The notes under the pieces: model-generated
Databases searched by the model: none
Told to the model about the DNA's origin: nothing
What the model saw: the letters and a program-made list of their open reading frames with translations, nothing else
Origin: Bdellovibrionota bacterium
Lineage (GTDB): Bacteria; Bdellovibrionota; UBA1018; UBA923
Direction: 5' to 3'
DNA length: 19,876 nucleotides
NCBI GenBank assembly: GCA_040754655.1
Contig: JBFMCE010000073.1
Location: 1 to 19,876, forward strand
Part shown: positions 16,410-19,876 of the stretch, one piece after another
Numbering within the stretch: position 1 is the stretch's first letter
Layout of the letters: each line of letters opens with the position of its first letter
Translations under genes and position numbers: made by a program

Positions 16410-16691
16410 CTAGTAGTTCATTACTTTGGGTTCGCTGCGATTCAGACCTTGATCGGTGATATCGCTGTCTTTCATATCACGCATTTCGTCTTTAGCTTGG
16501 TTGATGCCGTGCTCAACTTTTCCGCTGATTTTTGAGACAGCGGATCTTGCTTTTTCGGCGAGATCACCGCTGAATAGCGGAGTCTTCACGCCAAAAGATT
16601 CAAGTTGTTGTTGAATGGCGAAACGATTGCGCCAAATGAAATATCCCCCAAGAACGGCAAGAGCATAGAATGCTCCTCTCGTGCTACGCAT
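16410..16691 (-). CDS. Small membrane-anchored hypothetical protein (93 aa)
   Basis: Strong RBS (AGGGGAGG), N-terminal hydrophobic segment (GAFYALAVLGGYFIW), charged helical tail and a downstream terminator. Confidence 0.8.
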   Translation of the reverse strand: MRSTRGAFYALAVLGGYFIWRNRFAIQQQLESFGVKTPLFSGDLAEKARSAVSKISGKVEHGINQAKDEMRDMKDSDITDQGLNRSEPKVMNY

Positions 16692-16725
16692 AAAGATCCT
16701 CCCCTTGTCTAGAGTACTATTGTTG

Positions 16726-16755
16726 AGTTCTGCAGACTTGCAGAACTGATGCCGG
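16726..16755 (-). promoter_or_regulatory. Putative sigma54 (-24/-12) promoter overlapped by a 22-bp palindrome
   Basis: Minus strand CGGCATCAGTTCTGCA gives GG-N10-GC (consensus TGGCAC-N5-TTGCW). Palindrome AGTTCTGCA-GACT-TGCAGAACT at 16726-16747. Confidence 0.5.
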
Positions 16756-16874
16756 TCTTAAATTGATCAAGAAAGCCCACAATCATTTCGTAGATTAAAA
16801 GCAAGCGCAGGGCTTTCGGTTGAAAAGCCGTACGTTTGCTGGCAGAAGTTCAGAAACAGAGGAGAGCGAGCCAA

Positions 16875-17933
16875 ATGGAAAAAATCGTGATTCACGGGCC
16901 TGGTGGTTATGAGCGTCTTAAACTTGAAGAACATCCGACGCCGAATCCCAAACCTGGAGAGGTCTTGATACGCACCGAGGCAAGCGGGGTGAACTATGCC
17001 GATGTGGCTGTGAGATGGGGTTTGTATGAATCAGCGAAGAAGTACGTGGGATGGCCCATTACACCTGGATTTGAATATGCGGGCACAGTTGAGCGCATAG
17101 GGGATGGGGTGATCCATCTGAAAACAGGCGATCGCGTGTTTGGCATCACTCGGTTCGGTGCTTATTCGACTCATGTGGTTGTTCCCGGTCACCAGGTTTT
17201 TCCGTTACCCACGAAATTATCTTATGAAGAAGGCGCAGGATTTCCGGCGGTTTACATGACCGCTTATCATGCGCTGTTTCAAAACGTGATCGTTCGAAAA
17301 GGGATGACGCTGCTTGTTCATTCAGCGGCCGGAGGAGTTGGTACGGCTCTCTTGCAATTGGGGAAGATCGCAGGATGCAAGGTGGTGGGAGTGGTTGGGT
17401 CTTCGCATAAAGTCGAGACGGCTTCCAAATTTGGCGCTGATCATGTGATTGATAAATCAAAGGAAGATCTTTGGAAACGCGCTGAGCAAATTGCTCCGCA
17501 GGGTTATGACGTGATTCTGGATGCAAACGGGGTCTCTACTTTGAAGCAGAGTTACAAACATCTCGCTCCCACCGGAAAACTCATTTCCTATGGCTTTCAC
17601 TCAATGTTGCCCAAGAGTGGCGGCAGAGTGAACTATCTTGCTTTAGCCTGGAACTACTTGAGAACCCCAAGATTCAATCCGATCCAGATGACCAATGAGA
17701 ATCGAAGCTTGATCACATTTAACGTCTCTTTTCTATTCGATCGCACTGATTTACTGGAAGAAGGGATGCGGGACCTGATGCGTTGGACCGCCGAAGGAAA
17801 GCTGCAAGCGCCGAAAGTCACTTGTTATGCGCTAGATGATGTTGCAAAGGCCCATCAAGACATTGAATCAGGATCAACCACGGGCAAGTTGATTTTAAGC
17901 ACTCAAAAGAGAGCTAGGGCGCTTGTTCACTAG
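16875..17933 (+). CDS. Medium-chain dehydrogenase/reductase, VAT-1-like NADPH:quinone oxidoreductase
   Basis: GVNYAD, PITPGFEYAG, LVHSAAGGVG (NADPH binding), DVILDANG and STTGKLIL; no catalytic Zn cysteines. ATG at 16875 follows a GAGGAG RBS. Confidence 0.92.
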   Translation: MEKIVIHGPGGYERLKLEEHPTPNPKPGEVLIRTEASGVNYADVAVRWGLYESAKKYVGWPITPGFEYAGTVERIGDGVIHLKTGDRVFGITRFGAYSTHVVVPGHQVFPLPTKLSYEEGAGFPAVYMTAYHALFQNVIVRKGMTLLVHSAAGGVGTALLQLGKIAGCKVVGVVGSSHKVETASKFGADHVIDKSKEDLWKRAEQIAPQGYDVILDANGVSTLKQSYKHLAPTGKLISYGFHSMLPKSGGRVNYLALAWNYLRTPRFNPIQMTNENRSLITFNVSFLFDRTDLLEEGMRDLMRWTAEGKLQAPKVTCYALDDVAKAHQDIESGSTTGKLILSTQKRARALVH

Positions 17934-19407
17934 AGAGCGCGTTTGAGACGCCCGCCTCAAGCTCGCGTTCGGAGAGACCGTCTCGAAAAATACGATAATC
18001 CACGACTCGGTCAGTGAGGGCGGATCTCAAGAGAGTGATGTCCCTCGCAGCTGCCGACGCCCCGATGTGATTGCGCAGGTCCATGAAAGAAATTCTTTCT
18101 AAGGCTTGATGCGTGGCTTCTTCGTTGTTTTCAAGACCTGTGAAAGAGTTGAATTCTTTTTCTATCACTCGATTGATGAGTTCAGCGTTTCTCTCTTCGA
18201 ATTCGCGTTGCTCCAATGCCCACTCGCGTTGTTTCTTTGGCCATTTCGCCAGCTGCTCGCGGCGCGCGACTCCATTGTTGAGGGCTCTTTCATGGGCTGC
18301 CAAAGCTTCCGCAGAAAGGTCTTCAGTAGGCAGGATTTCAGCCTTAGACGGCGCTTCGAATATATCTCGCAAGGTGCTGAGGGGCAAGGTGCGCAAGTAA
18401 CGGCGCATTTTGATCTCGATCATCACGTGGGCCGCTATCGCTTCGATCAGATTAAAGGGGTTTTTGAAAGTGGCTGCACCGCCTGTGCGTGCCTTTTGTC
18501 CTTCTTTAAATTCGATCCACGTCTTCTCAAAAATGCGCCAGTTGCGAGAATTTGGAACATGCCCGTTAAGATAAACGTCAGCGGCGCTCACTACGGTGAG
18601 GTGTTTCATCTCATCACGAATCACATTCATGGCGAATTCATGAGATGGCCCTTCAGTATGGGTTGCGATGATATAATAAGCAGAAGATGCGCCCCACTCA
18701 GTACCTGCGCGATGATTGAGGTGGCGTTGGGCACCATCTAAGGTGGTCACGGTGATCGTAGGGACCGCAGCATTCGAGCGATCAGGTTTTTTCCCAGTGT
18801 ATTTCTCGATCATGCGAGCCCATGCCATGGCGTGGCGGTGTTCTTCAGAGCACCATGCGGAACCACAAGAATCTTGTTTTTCAAGCTTTTCAGCGTATTT
18901 CGTTTGAGGAACGTTGCGTCCCATGAAACGTGCGAGATTAGGAAGAAAAGAGGTAGGACCGTCAGGGCCTTCGACAATGTCAAACGCTTTACCGCTTTGT
19001 TCCTGATAACGATAAATAGGATCTTCAATCTCCATCGCCGTTTGCAGAATTTTTACCATGTCTTCTACCGACATACCGACGACTTGATCAGGATGAATGT
19101 CGCGAATGGGGACCTTATTCCAAGGGCGCATCTGATAGTCGGTCACGTCGGGGCGTTGATGGAATCCCCAAAACGCCCTCAGGTTCCGATTGAGATTGGT
19201 ATGTTGAAACTCTTCTTCGATGAGTCGATGAATTCGAGCCAACCGAAAGGGCAGATCGACGATGCGCTTTGCGTTATAAGTAAGAAGTGCCGCGCATGCT
19301 TTTGCTTTCGAAGCGAATGATTGAGAGGGGGTTGCGTACGTCAAAGTTGAGGAAAATAAAATTAGAAAAAAAATCCCTAAACCCAGGCACCCATTAAGCC
19401 GTTTCAT
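17914..19407 (-). CDS. Predicted exported ferritin-like diiron-carboxylate protein (acyl-ACP desaturase-like)
   Basis: N-terminal signal peptide (MKRLNG...LTYA). The ligand pattern EIEDP, WCSEEHRH, TEWGA and DEMKH matches E...ExxH...E...ExxH. Start is either ATG 19407 or GTG 19419. Confidence 0.7.
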   Translation of the reverse strand: MKRLNGCLGLGIFFLILFSSTLTYATPSQSFASKAKACAALLTYNAKRIVDLPFRLARIHRLIEEEFQHTNLNRNLRAFWGFHQRPDVTDYQMRPWNKVPIRDIHPDQVVGMSVEDMVKILQTAMEIEDPIYRYQEQSGKAFDIVEGPDGPTSFLPNLARFMGRNVPQTKYAEKLEKQDSCGSAWCSEEHRHAMAWARMIEKYTGKKPDRSNAAVPTITVTTLDGAQRHLNHRAGTEWGASSAYYIIATHTEGPSHEFAMNVIRDEMKHLTVVSAADVYLNGHVPNSRNWRIFEKTWIEFKEGQKARTGGAATFKNPFNLIEAIAAHVMIEIKMRRYLRTLPLSTLRDIFEAPSKAEILPTEDLSAEALAAHERALNNGVARREQLAKWPKKQREWALEQREFEERNAELINRVIEKEFNSFTGLENNEEATHQALERISFMDLRNHIGASAAARDITLLRSALTDRVVDYRIFRDGLSERELEAGVSNALSSEQAP

Positions 19408-19571
19408 GATGCGATGCACTATTATGGAAGTATGAAGATGTCAAACAGGAGACAGGGAAACTGCGGGTTCCAGCGGTTCATTAAATTAGATAAATTGAGC
19501 TTCTAGCAAAATGACACCCGGAAAAGTGGACTTTTTTGATTTGGTAATCTATTTCGAACCCCGCGGAGCTT

Positions 19572-19874
19572 CTAGACAACCTTTCTTATAGAAAGTGAGC
19601 CGCCTTCTGAGGAGGAAGTTAGATTTTCTTCTTCACGTGCGTGCGAATCAACGGCCATTCCTTCCTTTTGCTCATGGAGAGTTCGGTCTCCGGGAAGCCC
19701 AGTGGAAATATGAGACTGCTGTTCGATTTCTCGTTCGCCTCCTTCTAATCCTGCCGAATGTTCATCACCACTCATCTCGGCGCCTTCGCGATTTTCCTCC
19801 GAGAGATCAACATGCCAGTTTTGCTCGGCCATGCGGTCAAGCTCAACTGGGTTGCCCGAAGGTTTTTGTGGGGC
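19572..19874 (-). CDS. C-terminal part of a hypothetical protein (acidic, low-complexity); runs off the window
   Basis: The frame of ORF 19572-19832 stays open to the window edge (APQKPSGNPVELDR-MAEQ...). The sequence is Glu/Ser/Gly-rich. Confidence 0.6.
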   Translation of the reverse strand, partial: APQKPSGNPVELDRMAEQNWHVDLSEENREGAEMSGDEHSAGLEGGEREIEQQSHISTGLPGDRTLHEQKEGMAVDSHAREEENLTSSSEGGSLSIRKVV

Positions 19875-19876
19875 AG

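Noticed and set aside
18106..19320. Long + strand ORFs (211 aa, 162 aa) and other short nested or antisense ORFs in the track (e.g. 4752-5048, 10566-11045, 15115-15462, 17146-17526)
   Set aside because: They are shadows of well-supported genes on the opposite strand or in another frame, with no motifs of their own.
19416..19444. Perfect TTGACA upstream of the diiron gene
   Set aside because: The best -10 match (CATAAT) is only 12 nt away, and the hexamer at 17 nt (TAGTGC) is poor.
1..19876. CRISPR arrays, tandem repeats, tRNA/rRNA genes, IS elements or integrases
   Set aside because: None was seen by eye on either strand; intergenic gaps are short and non-repetitive.

Overview
Bacterial genomic window. 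The protein repertoire suggests a Bdellovibrionota/Oligoflexia-type organism (inference only). The left ~13.9 kb is an AT-richer accessory region with two convergent gene sets. (i) On the + strand: an EamA-like membrane protein, a membrane-bound class III nucleotide cyclase, and a PilZ + FeeM/LuxI-like acyltransferase fusion. (ii) On the - strand: a stand-alone receiver, then a tightly coupled operon of O-methyltransferase, AstE/aspartoacylase-family hydrolase, orphan LIVBP-type periplasmic binding protein, MFS transporter, ATP-grasp ligase, hybrid histidine kinase and a second, frameshifted histidine kinase, followed by an Asp/Glu racemase. The gene content reads as a candidate make-export-sense-destroy small-molecule (amino-acid/peptide) signalling locus; this function is inferred, not shown. 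A chimeric HTTM/DCC1-like remnant marks the right edge. The remainder is more GC-rich: RimJ/RimL GNAT, tadA, a membrane PilZ protein, an unannotated 55-aa ORF with a structured leader, a small protein with a sigma54-like promoter, a VAT-1-like oxidoreductase, a signal-peptide-bearing ferritin-like diiron protein and a partial CDS. No rRNA, tRNA, CRISPR array, integrase or transposase was recognised.
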